Positions 39,282 to 51,712 of a stretch of 64,000 bases of DNA are shown in pieces. The translations under genes were made by a program, and so were the position numbers. The notes under the pieces are model-generated. The model searched no databases. It saw nothing but the letters and a program-made list of their open reading frames with translations, and was not told where the DNA came from. Position 1 is the stretch's first letter. Every line of letters starts with the position of its first letter. The DNA is from Octopus vulgaris (Eukaryota): the NCBI GenBank assembly GCA_951406725.2, contig OX597818.1, positions 16,802,001 through 16,866,000 on the forward strand, given 5' to 3'.

Positions 39282-41099
39282 ACATACACATAAAGCATAG
39301 TTATTAATTGTTCACACACACACACTGTGTTTGCTTATCATTATTATTATTGCAAATTATATAGTATGTTGACAAATTGCTTAGGAGAATTTCTTCCAGT
39401 TCTTTACATTCAGAGTTCTAATCCTGCTAATGTCAGCTTTGCCCTCTATTTTCCATCTACATATACAATGAGTCAATGAGTGAGTGGGAAGGACTATGTG
39501 ATCACCCAACCTGCTAGAAATACCAGCCAAACCTCCATCAACTAATACTTCTTTATCCTAAAGATGGAGTTAATAAAATAAGTACTAGCCAAATACTGGG
39601 GTCAGTGTGAACAAATTGCTGGTCCTGTGCCATAACTTGAAACATTTATGTAACTCTGCATCAAACTTCATTGACTGCTAATCATCGTACATACTTTCTT
39701 GCTGTGGTCACCATGTCACTTTTTCAGGCATAGTATATACACAGTTACATTATCTATTGTTTCCCATAGGGCTATTTTGAAATACTTTTGGCTGCTCTTT
39801 CTAGGAAATTGAACGTACAAATAGCAGCCCCCTTGGCAACAATTAAGCCTAATTTTCAGCAACATTAACATCCTCATCATACACACATACATTAAAATTT
39901 CTATATTTTGTCATTACTATTCAGATGTTGAGATAATTTCTCATAGCTAAGAGGTTATGTGTATCTTGTGTGTTTATGTGTGTGTGTACAGTGTCTGTAC
40001 ATCTAGGTGGGGTAGCTGCTGGTTGGCAAGAAATATTTGGAAAGAGATTTACCATGAGCTCAGACTTCTGTTACATAGAGGTGGATGTGGAGGAGAGATT
40101 GCTGCAAGTAAGAAAATATTAAAGAACTCGGGTAGATGTTTGGCATATAAATTAGATTGTGTGTATGCATATGATATATGATTTATGTTAGCTATATCAA
40201 CTATGCTTCGTCTGCTGCATACCCCACACCTTAAAAATTACAAAACGAGATGAAATCAAATGCTAAATAGATCACCTACCATCCATCCATCCATCAATCA
40301 GCCAGCCAGACACTCTCAGTTATCTTGGCAATTCAAATGTATAGGTGTGTGTGTAAGATTGATTACTGAAGCCATAACTAAACTTTTGTCCTGTCTGTGT
40401 TTTTTTTTTTAAAGATGAATTTTTTGGTAGTTCATTGATTTTTTTAACGCATTGCCTTGTGGCCATGTTGGAGCTTCACATTTAAAGGTTTCATGAATTG
40501 CATTAGTTTTAATCAATTGTATTGTCACCACTACTAATTTCAATCTGAAAGCAATTTTTTAAACCCTTTGGTACTCGGATTACTTTGGAAATGTAATACT
40601 AACCAATTCACATTGTTTTGAATTACTCATGCGTTATCTTGTAGCTTCAATATTTCAATGATGTGATTGTTTATTTTTTGGATGACATTGCAGGGTAGGT
40701 GCAAGAGGCCAGATCTGGACAGTAGGATATTTGGACCAGATATGGCCAGTTTAAATGCTAATGGATTAATCTATCAGATTGCTAAATCATGTTTTTGACA
40801 TAAAGAAACCCAACTTGTTACATTGATTTACACCGGTAAAACATAGTCCCAAACACAGATACATGGTTATACAGACACACATGTGTGCGCACACACACAC
40901 ACACACACAATAAAGTATTCCTCACTCTTTCTATCTCGAGAAGACTATTTGTCAAGCAGAGGGCAACAGTCAGACATTTTACCCATAGTGCCATATAGAG
41001 AATTGAACCTGCCCTCTCATGGTTTCAAAATGATCTTGTTAACCATATGGCTATGTTTGTTTACAGCACTAAATTATCCAATGTCCTCTGATGTTTCAG

Positions 41100-41158
41100 G
41101 CCTTCCTGAAATAGTTACGGTAATGATGATAACAATTATTGCTATTTTTTGCTGCTAA
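41100..41158 (+). CDS. Candidate terminal coding exon of the Ig gene (linker plus hydrophobic tail GLPEIVTVMMITIIAIFCC*)
   Basis: Acceptor tttcAG (41098-99). Phase-1 join to the Ig exon gives EVVIQ-G-LPEIVTVMMITIIAIFCC-stop. Followed by about 250 nt of unique, U-rich, 3'UTR-like sequence. Confidence 0.45.
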
Positions 41159-42565
41159 ATGAAAGATACTGTGTCTGGTTCCCATTCATTATCAATATAT
41201 TTTTACATATTTTGCTTGTTGCTGTCAGATTTCTTCTGCTATTATCAGGAAATAGTTTGGCTTTGTTATCCATTATTAATTATTGGTTATGTTCTGTTAT
41301 CTCTGTATCGAGTTTGTATTTATATTTTGATACTGATGTAGGAAACTGTCTAGGAACATTGATTACTAAAAGAAACGTTTCACACATTCTCGTGACTGTA
41401 GGGCTGGAATTATAGCCAATTGACTATCAGCTTCTAGTGAAAGGCAAGCCAAGTCAAGCTTGATTTAAACTCAGGATGTAAAGAGATGTAACTATATACT
41501 GCAAAGGCATTTAGTCCAACTTGTCTTCATTCCTTTTCTAAAAGCCTTTGCATGGTCACTGAGTCTTCAAGAAGTACAAGTCAGATCTCCCCAAAACCAC
41601 ACCCTATCATCTTTAGGAAAAGAGAAAGCATCACATTGAATAATGTGATTCTAGGTAATCCTGTAGCTGAAGAAGTAAAATAAATGTGATGGTCATGTCT
41701 GTATTGGCTTTTGATCCTGTGTCTCTGATCAGAGTTGACTTGAGGCTAAACAACAATGATGCCTCTAATAATGATATGTTATTAATAAGTGAGGATGCAT
41801 AGCCTAGTAGTTAGGATGTTACTCTCATTATCACGAGGTCATGGTTTCAATTCCTAGACCAGATGGTTTATTGTGTTCTTGAGCAAAACACTTCATCTCG
41901 TGTTAGGCTGTGATGCCTTCAACACCAGACACACCATGTATTTGTTCAGGCAACATTGATTTGATGGGGGGAGTGAGCTAATGTATGGCACATACATTTG
42001 ATCACTATAAACAAATCATTTGTGCAGGTCATTCGGCAAAAGTTGAACACTTATATGTCTTCAACGGAAGAGTCTGTCAATTATAATAATGACTTATAAC
42101 TGTAGTACAAAGTTACATATTCTGAGGCTGTGCATACTTAATGAATTCTAAAATTTCTAAAATTATCAACTTGTAGGGGGAAAAAATATATTAAGTCTGA
42201 GAAGTGTGGCTGAAAAAGTTGCAATTACTGTCAGATATTATAATTACTTAAAATTAAATAATGTTCAATCATAAAAAAAATCTTCAGTACTTCACCAAGC
42301 TTTCGATTTTGTCATTTTCTTCTCATAAGAGCTTCATTTTGGAAACGTCAAGAATTATTAATGATATGCATAATACAATTAATCAACTCTGATACTTATG
42401 TTTAAATTAAAAAGGCAATGTCAACCATGGCAGCATTCAAACTTGATGCATAAAGGGACTTGACTTAGCACTGCAAGGTATTTTGCCTCCTGATCTATTT
42501 TTCTGCAGCTTCCCTCCTTAATAATAATAATGATAATTATTATTATTAAGGAAGGATAATTATTA

Positions 42566-44255
42566 CACTGGGGAACACATTTTATTGAATGCTATCTGAC
42601 ACTTGATTCTAAGTAATTTGGGTGTTCTGAGTACGAATTTCAACTCTGTTTGACTCTATGAGGTCCTGATTCTTGTCAACAGCCTATGTGCCATTTTCCA
42701 GATTTTTTCAAATCAGGACTAAGAAATTAAGTCCCGTGTTCAAATTCATTTTCAAGTTTCATTAATATAAACAGTTCAACCCTACTGTAAAATTGCATTA
42801 TAACAATAGAAATGCTTTAAAATGAAAAAAAAAATAATAAATAAAGATATGAAGCTTTCACTCTGGCAGAAATTTTCTTTTATAAGATTTTCTAGCATAT
42901 TTACTTGTTGATGGCAGATCTCTTTTCAAGCACCAAATGTAATCATCCATCATGTGGGAATCCCAACATCCTTGGTACTGTTCTCCATAATTTTGATATC
43001 TTGGTGGAATCTGCCCCCTTACAGTACCTAAATTACTTTAAAATTGGTCAAGATGGCTATTTTAAAAAAATGCATTTTTACATTCATATTGCAACCTAGC
43101 TTTTTGTAGTCCCTTAAAAGTACTTTTTTAATGATTTTTTCATAGTTATCTGCCCTGTATTTGCCTAAAAAGTTTGCTATTAAGTCAACAAATGAGAAGC
43201 AGACATGTTTTTGTGTTCCTTTATGACGTTAGGAAAATCGCAGTCTTTAATTAATGTTCTTATTTGTGGACTGTCGAAAATTCCAGCCTTGATTTTTTTC
43301 TTCTTCTGTTTTTATTTTCCACGTTGATTCTTTTACTTGTTTCAGTCATCTGACTGTGGCCATGTTGAAGCACCACCTTTAGTTGAATGAACTGACCCCA
43401 GCACTTATTCTTTGTAAGCCTAGTACTTATTCTATTGGTCTCTTTTGCTGAGACACTAAGTTATGGGGATGTAAACACTCCAACATCGGTTGTCGAGCAA
43501 TAGCGGTGGGGACAAACACAGTTACATGCACACACACACGTGATGGGCTTCTTTCAGTTTCTGTCTACCAGATCCACTCACAAGGCTTTGGTTGGCCCAA
43601 GGTACTACACAGTGGGGCTGAACTCGGAACCATGTGGTTGGGAAGAAAGCTTTTTACCACACAGCCACTCCTGCGCCTATGTATTCATTTCAAGTTATGT
43701 ATTTGAAATACTGCCTTTCGTAACTAAAACTTTTACATATTGTTTAATGAGGCCTAGTTTGATATGCAGAGGAGGAAATATGATTTTATCTCTGGTCATT
43801 AAAGGTGAATTATGTTTTTTTTCTCCGACAATAAGCGATGTTTGTGCTGGCTAAATTTGTTGGAAATAATGTTCTTCCTTGGCTCTGCTGTCCCATAAGC
43901 AAAGGAAGTAGGAATATGTAGTATACCCTGATTGTTGTCTTAGCAGAAAATTAACCATTTTTAATTCAACACATATGGTCAACTCATTCTCCCTATATTT
44001 GATAAGATTTAAACATTGCATAATCTATTTGAGATTCTTAGAAACATTTTCTGTAAACTTTTGTGTATGTACCTATGTTACAATTACAGTATACTAGTGA
44101 CTAAATTATTTAGTTTTATGAAATCATAAACTTACTATCTGAACTCCAAAATCAGGACCAAGTAAAAATTCGTGCTCAGCCTACACCCAAATTACCTTGA
44201 ACTAACTGTCAAATCTAATTCAATAGACAAAAAAATTGAAATTTATTCCCCAGTG
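42566..44255 (-). mobile_element. Chapaev3 (CMC/CACTA superfamily) DNA transposon, internally deleted and decayed
   Basis: CACTGGGGA...TCCCCAGTG termini, imperfect TIRs of about 110 bp, 3-bp TTA TSD. Minus-strand remnants read ICVELKMVNFLLRQQSGYT..FLCLWDSRA, IIFPPLHIKLGLIKQYVK, NFLGKYRADNYE, GCNMNVKMHF, RFHQDIKIME, WDSHMMDDYIWCL. Interrupted by a SINE at ~43330-43677. Confidence 0.9.
43330..43677 (-). mobile_element. SINE family A copy nested in Chapaev3
   Basis: Reverse complement of family A, splitting the transposase remnant. Confidence 0.87.
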
Positions 44256-45043
44256 TTATTTATTCATTGGCATAAAGACGAAGCTACAAGCTTGAAAAGA
44301 AGAGTACAGTCAATTTAATTGCATTCAGGCTTTTATTTTTGTGGAGTTCATAAAATAAGTGCAATTCTTATTTTATGGACTCTACAAAAACACAAGATTT
44401 AGATTTTGAACTTAGATGCTCAACTCTTTTTCTAATTTACTACAAAATAAATAAATAAATGACTGCTGCTGCTGCAACAACAGTAACAACAAAGGTGGCA
44501 AGCTGGCAGAATTGTTAGTACACTGGGTAAAATGTCTTGCAACATTTTGTCCATCTTTTGAAATTCTGCTGAGGTCAACTTTGCCGTTCATTCTTTCAGA
44601 GTTGATGAATAAGTACCAGTTAATCACTGGAGTTGATGTAATCAAGTAGCTCCCTTCCCTCCAAAATTTCTGGCTGATTATTAAATTTTTTTTTTTTTTA
44701 ATTATTTCTTTTATTGGACATAATGACCCAAAACGTTGAGGACATTATCAAAGGATGAAATACAATACAAAAACAGGTGGGGTTTACCTCAATCAAAAGG
44801 AGACACCAGAGGAGTGGCATATGGTGGTTGTTATATTAGGTGTGCTGCCAGACTCAATGCCACCAAATTTTTGAACATTTCTGATGAGGAGAGGCTTTGT
44901 AGTAAGAAGCTTGCTTCCCAACAACATAGTTCCAGGTTCAGTCCGACTGCATGGCACTTTCGGCAAGTGTCTTCTACTATAGCCTTGACCCAACCGAGGC
45001 CTTGTGAGTGGATTTGGTAAACTGAAACTGAAAGAATCCCATC

Positions 45044-45076
<33 letters not shown>

Positions 45077-45341
45077 CCGGAGTAAACACATAAATGTGAA
45101 ACAAGGTGGAAAAAAGAGTACTCAAATACCAGTGGTAGAGTAATATGCTTTATTTAAAGCAGCAGAAAATTCAACAAAACCTGTTACTCTGAGTTTCCCG
45201 TTGCCGTTCATCGGACAGTTTTTGCTAGAATGGAACTGATATGTCCATATCGGTTCCATTCTAGCAAAAACTGTCCGATGAACGGCAACGGGAATCTCAG
45301 AGTAACAGGTTTTGTTGAATTTTCTGCTGCTTTAAATAAAG
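45077..45341. mobile_element. Penelope-like inverted pseudo-LTR fragment (96-bp-arm hairpin plus tail) inside the (TA)n tract of a SINE
   Basis: Arms 45148-45243 and 45246-45341. One-sided ~70-nt tail, hammerhead-like motif followed by AATAAA. The host SINE halves continue on both sides. Confidence 0.7.
45181..45218 (-). ncRNA. Minimal hammerhead-like motif (U4C core, 2-bp stem II with GCAA loop)
   Basis: Minus strand reads ctgt CCGATGA a-cg-gcaa-cg-g GAAA ctcagag TA acag. Quasi-palindromic stem III ACTCAGAGT and GUA site. The mirror copy on + has GAAA mutated to GAAT. Confidence 0.5.
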
Positions 45342-47380
45342 AATATATATATATGTTTGTGTGTCCATGTTTGTCCCACCACCATTGCTTGACAACTGAT
45401 GCTGGTGTGTTTACATTCTCGTAACTTAGTAGTTCAGCAAATGAAGCTGATAGAATAAGTATTAGGCTCACAAAGAATGTCCTGGGGTTGATTTATTCGA
45501 CTAAAGGTGATGCTCCAGCATGGCTACAGTCAAATGACTGAAACAAATAAAAATAAATTAATGAATAAGGTTAATATATATATATATAATGAATTTGCCA
45601 TTTTCTGTGGGTGTGCCATAGTCAATTGCATGAACTCCAGTGCTCAACTGGTTCTTTATCAACCTCAGAAAGATGAAACTCCTAGTGGAGTTTGAACACT
45701 GAACATAAAAATGGACAAAATGCCACTTTGGATTTTGCTCGGCATGCTAACAATTTTGCCAGCTTGTTCCTTAAATAATAACAACGACAATAATGATGAT
45801 GGTGATTTCTTACATGCGAACAGATTCTCTAATTTGGGGAAAGGAATAGTTGAATGTATCGACCCTTGTACTTAACTAGTAAGTACTTTATTTGATCGAC
45901 CTTGGAAGAATGAAAGGTAAAGTCAGTTTCAGTTGGATTTAAATTCAGAAGTTAAAGGACCATAACTTAGATATCTCAAGGCATTTTGTCTGATGCACTC
46001 CACTGCCTTAATAATAATAAAAGGCTATTGTAACTGAGTATTTCTATGCCAGTAAACGATCTAAGCATATAAGGAAAAAAAAAACCTCAGTAGTAGTGTC
46101 TAATGAGAGGTCTGTAAAATCCATCATTAGTTAAGAAGGCTGTAGTTCTCTAATGGCCTTTGTAGTTAATGGAGGGAATCTGTTAGGAACGTCAAAACAG
46201 GAACAGATCAAAGATAAGGCACAGTGTGTACTCCTCATCTTTGGCCTGTGGAATCTTAACATCTTAACCAAATACCATTCTAATCAAACATCATATCTGG
46301 TGTATCCTGGCCTACATTATCTAATATTTCTTTTTATTACTTTCTTTCTTTTGTAAGATGATAGGGTGTGACTTGAGGTTTATTAGCCTACTGTTTCTAG
46401 TAATTCATGTGATCAATGTACAGGCCCCTTCATTGGCTTGCAGGACGGCCTTGACTTGAATGCTTTTAAGGCGAGGTGTGCTTGACTAGTGTTAAGTCAA
46501 GTGTAAATAACAATCAGAGCAAAATTATTTCTGAAACATCCTAACTAATTTTACATAGGTGTGTGTGTGTGTGTGTGTGTGTGGCTCGTCCAACCCCTCC
46601 TCTCAGCATGTTGTTAAACTCTTTTGCTACCGACCCATTGTAGACCACCCCTAGTTTGGTGATTGATAAATCCAAATTTGAATGATGTTAGTGTTCAAAC
46701 TAAAATCTCCCATCAAAAAATTCATATGAGAATCTTTTGTTCTTATCTAACTTGAACACCAAACGCCATCTTAATAACTGTTTCTAATATAGGCACAAGG
46801 CTAGAAATTTCTGAGTGCAGACTAATCAATGAAATTTTCCCCAGTATTTGACTGATACTTTGTCATCAAATCCTAGAAGGATGAAAGGTAAAGTTCTCAG
46901 CAGGATTTGAACTCAAGAATGGGAAGAGCCAAAACAAATGCTGCTGCAAAGCATTTCTTCAATGCTCTCATGATTCTGCCACTCCACACTCCCCTATCCG
47001 TCACTAACAATTGAGTATGCTTTGGTGACATTTATCCTTTCAATACTAATTGTTGTTGGTGACTTTTAGTTATGAACAGGCATAAACTCCTACTCAGCTT
47101 TCCTGCTCAATATTCCAGTAGAATATCAAAGATGTCACTGTAGGAAGTTAGGAGGCTTCACACCAGCGTTCAGCTAATACTAATTCTGAGCTGATTAGAT
47201 TGGTTCTATGTGAATTAGAGCACCTTGCTTAAAGGCACAATGTATTGCCAAGTCAAGGAATTGTACCTACAGACTTATGATTGTAAATCCAATAACTTTA
47301 CCACTAGGTCCCTGCCCCATAGCACCATCTTAATAATGAAGAAATCATTTCTACCAGATTCACACATTTTTCTTTTATTA

Positions 47381-47758
47381 TTTTACTTGTTTCAGTCATT
47401 TGACTGCAGCCATGCTGAAGCACTGCCTTTAGTCGAGCAAATCGACCCCAGGACTTATACTTTGTAAGCCTAGTACTTATTCTATCGATCTCTTTAGCCA
47501 AACTGCTAAGTTATGGGGACGTAAACACACTAGCATCAGTTGTCAAGCGATATTGGGGCGGGGAAACAAATGCACGCACGTGCACACACACATACGATAG
47601 ACTTCTTTTAATTTCCACCTACCAAATCCACTCACAAGGCTTTGCTTGGCCCAAGGCTATAGCAGAGGACACTTGCCCAAGGTGCCACACAGTGGAACTG
47701 AATCCGGAACCCTGTGGTTGGTAAGCAAGCTACTTACCACACAGCCACTCTTGCACCT
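47381..47758 (-). mobile_element. SINE family A copy
   Basis: Reverse complement of family A. Confidence 0.87.
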
Positions 47759-48159
47759 ATTTGTTAATATTTTTGATATCAATTAAACTGCATCAGCTAG
47801 TATCTCATTAGGAAATAATAATCCTTATTTTGCCACAAGGCCAGCAGTTTTGAGGGACGGGGAAGCCAAATGCCCCAGTGTTCCAATGGTACTTTATCAA
47901 CCCTGAAAGAATGAAAAGCAAATTTAACCTCAGTGGAATTTGAACTTGGAACATAAAGACAGATAAAATGCCCCTGAGAACTTTTTTTTAAAAGTCAATA
48001 CTGTGTACTACTGTGTTAGCAGTGCACTTAAATCACTTGTTAAGGTCATCTTTAAGTATTGTCTTCTAAAAATGTTTAATACACTTTGTAGCATATTATG
48101 GTTGCATAACAAAATACCGTGTGCCTACAAGTCATTACTGAGAACTTTATCCTGTGTTT

Positions 48160-48538
48160 TTTTTACTTGTTTGTCATTTGACTGCAGCCATGCTGGAGCA
48201 CCACCTTCAAGGGTTTTAGCCAGTGCTTATTCTATCAGTCTCTTTTGTTGAATTGCTAAGTTATGGAGATGTAAACACATCAACACTGGTTGTCAAGCAG
48301 TAATGGGGTGACAAACACAGACACACATACATAGCTATGCATAAACTCACACACACATGAACACACACACACACACACACACATATGATGGGCTTCTTTG
48401 AGTTTCCATTTACCAAATACACTCACAAGGCTTTGGTTGGCCTGAGGCTGTAGTAGAATACACTTGCCAAAGGTGCCATACAGTAGGACTGAACTTGGAA
48501 CCATGTGGCTGAGAAGCAAGCTTCTTAGCACACAGCCA
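48160..48538 (-). mobile_element. SINE family A copy
   Basis: Reverse complement of family A. Confidence 0.85.
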
Positions 48539-49428
48539 GTGCTAACATTTCTGCCAGCTCACAGAATTGTTTGCATACCTGGCAAAATGCCTTGGAGCAT
48601 TTTGTCCATCTGTTCTGAGTTCAAATTCCACTGAGGCCAACTTCACTTTTCATCCTTTTGGAGTCAGTAAAATGAGTACTTTTGAGCACAAGAGTCATTG
48701 TAATCAACTCAACCCCTCCCCCGAAATTGCTGTTGTTGTGCCAAAATTTGAAATCAATAATAAATGGTTTACACATTTGTGGAAGTTATTTTCTTTCTTT
48801 TGTTCTTTTTATCTTTTACTTTACTTGCAATGCTTTGTGGTTTCTTCAGGTGTCTGACTAAATGGTAAAACCAACCAGACTCATTTGTCTGTCTTTCTGT
48901 CTGCCAAGCTATCACACTGTCTGTCTGTCACTCTTTACTGCTTATCATTCATTCATTCTATATGACTGTCATTCACGTAGTGCTGCCTGTCAATCAGTCG
49001 TTCTGTATGTCTGTGAGATTAGTAAAGAGACCAGCAAGAGATAAACTCTAAATATCTTCACAGATGCTATGAGAAATATCAATTTAGAGGAGAAGCAGTT
49101 TCATATTTACTTTTAAAGTATTGTTTACCTCTGTCTCACATTTTAACCATGACTGTTTTTTTTTTCTTTTCGGTTTTAACATTTTGTAATAGTTTTACTT
49201 TTGTGTGTGTGCATGTAATAATACATGCAATCAGTAGACACACACGGTGGTGGAGGGGAGTACTCAGTATATGTAGGAGAGTTTGTTTGAAGTGTTGAGT
49301 GACTCATTAGCACTGAAGCTATACATTTCGTATAGCTTTTGCAAGCAAATACTCAGACATGCACACTTGCATGCATACATATATACATGTACATAAACAC
49401 GTACACACATATATACACACACACATGC

Positions 49429-49474
<46 letters not shown>

Positions 49475-50124
49475 GCACACACACTTATACATACCCAAAC
49501 ACACATGCGTACATGCACACTTACAAGTACACATATAGATACACCTTCACGCACACACACACACATCCCTACTTGCTCACACATTATATGAATGCAGGCA
49601 TGCCAGGAGAGTTAAGAAGTTAACTTTTAACTCATTAGAGATCCTGCTGAAAGCCCATTACCTGGTACCTGAATGAAAGTGGATTGGTGGAAAGTGTACG
49701 GAAGCATATCAAATGGACTGTACATGTAATTCGATGAGCCTACCTTGTTACACACTCTCACTGAGTCATGTTGAACCTGCCTATTAAAAGTGCAAATATC
49801 TGTATGATACTCAACCACTTACATTATAAATACAATATGTAGGTTCTTCCATTCAACAAATAACTGCAACATTTACTTTATTTATGTTCATTTTACTTCC
49901 ATGCAAACTTGGTTTAGACTTTCGACAATGTTATTAAGGTATTCTTTTCACAGCTGGATGACCTTGCTGTCACTAACCCTTACCTATTTAAAAAAAAAAA
50001 AACGCACAAACACATACACACATGTCTGTGTGTTTGTGGTGAGGGATAGAGTGATGAATGACATGATAAAAAAATATATGCAGTTAGTGCTGAAGTTGAA
50101 TTTGTACCTAATCCCCAGCTTTAA

Positions 50125-51202
50125 CCCTTTCGTTACCAAACCGCCCGAAAAAAATTTTGGTTAATGTAACCAAACCGCCCAAAGCCGCCCGAATTTACCT
50201 ATTCATATTTAAATGAGAATATCAGAGCAAATCTCTTTAATACATTCGTGAAAATACGTATTATACTTCGTAAAGAGTTCAACTACAGTTTTGTACAAAA
50301 ATCGAAGTGTAATTTTAATTCCATGAATTTTGGGAGATTTTTTTCCGAAATTTGTTCCTATTGTGTTTTCAAAATTTGTAATTCTGACAAAAAATGGATA
50401 CGAATTTCATTATATCAAGCAGCGAGTCAGAATTCGAAGGATTTTCTACTGAAGACCTTCATAAATCTAACTATATGACTGAAAAAAAAAAAAGCATGTG
50501 GTATTTGATAATGAATCTGATGTTTCATTTTCCGAAAGTGAAAACGGTGAATCCGAGAGCTCTGACAGCGATAAAGAAAATGAATTGGCACCTGAATGGA
50601 GTGAAAATTTAAAAACTGATTCTTTCGATCATTTTTCTGAAGAAACTGGACCAAGCCACAGACTTTCCCAGAAGAGTAAAGCCTTAGACTATTTCTTTTT
50701 ACTTTTTCGAATGAGCCTATTTGAAATCATTACGGCAGAAACGAACCATTACGCTAAATGTAAACAAAACGAAAGAAAGGATACTTTGTGGTTTCCCATA
50801 ACCTTAAATGAAATTAAGACTATTTTGCCATAAATATTATTATGGGTATCAGAAAGTTACCCAGAATAACAAATTCTATTGTAAAATTTTGTTGTATACC
50901 CAATTGAATATTAGCTAATAACCCATTTTCTATAGCGATGTTTGAACAAAATTTTAATAATTTTATATTTTGTTGAATTTACCTGTATCTACCTGCAATT
51001 AGAGTCACTTTGTGACAAAAATTATAGTATAGAATTGGTTGAGAACATTTCATTAAATTATCTTCCAAAATTCACGTTAATATATTGATAAATAAAAAAG
51101 TTATAGTTGTTTAATGAAACTAGACTAAATTTATGATTATGTTAGAAATTAATTGAAACACATAAGGGGTGTATTTTGGTCAGAAATATAGTAACGAAAG
51201 GG
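50125..51202 (+). mobile_element. piggyBac non-autonomous deletion derivative with N-terminal transposase remnant (PGBD4-like)
   Basis: TTAA TSDs and TIRs CCCTTTCGTTAC / GTAACGAAAGGG. Acidic N-terminus SSSESEFEGFS, then ALDYFFLLF..LFEIITAETNHYA..W..ITLNEIK..IIMGIRKLP, frameshifted and truncated. Confidence 0.9.
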
Positions 51203-51391
51203 TTAAATGTACCACTCAAACTGAAGTCCACCATTGCAAGTATTAAGAACTTTCTACAGTCAGGACTTTTCCTGACTTCCTGTTCTAGAGAGAGAGAGAG
51301 AGAGTGTGTGTGTGTGTTTGAAGTGGTGTACAGATATTGTATATTGAGAAAAAGGAGGCAGAATTTTGGATAATTTTTTATTAGTGCTTTC

Positions 51392-51712
51392 TTCCAGGTC
51401 AGTCCTACTGTGTGGCACCTAGGGGAAGTGTCTTCTACTATAGCCTTAGGCCTACCAAAGCCTTGTGAGTGGATTTGGTAGATGGAAAACTGAAAGAAGC
51501 CTGTTGTATGTGTGTGTGTGTGTTTCCCCCAACATCGCTTGACAACTGATGCTGGTGTGTTTACATCCCTGTAACTTAGCGGTTTAGCAAAAGCGATGGA
51601 TAGAATAAGTACTAGGCTTACAAAGAATAAATCCTGGGGTTGATTTGCTCGACTAAAGGTGGTGCTCCTGTATGACCGCAGTCAAAAATTACTGAAACGA
51701 AAGAATAAAAGA
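51392..51712 (+). mobile_element. SINE family A copy (5'-truncated) splitting an older hairpin
   Basis: Family A body and tail. The flanks form the arms of an inverted repeat. Confidence 0.87.

Larger units (their letters stand above)
44890..45550 (+). mobile_element. SINE family A copy interrupted by the hairpin element
   Basis: 5' half ends in (TA)n at ~45076 and the 3' half resumes at ~45342. Confidence 0.85.

Noticed and set aside
44878-44900. CTGATGA as a hammerhead core or C/D box
   Set aside because: There is no stem II or GAAA downstream. It runs directly into a SINE head.
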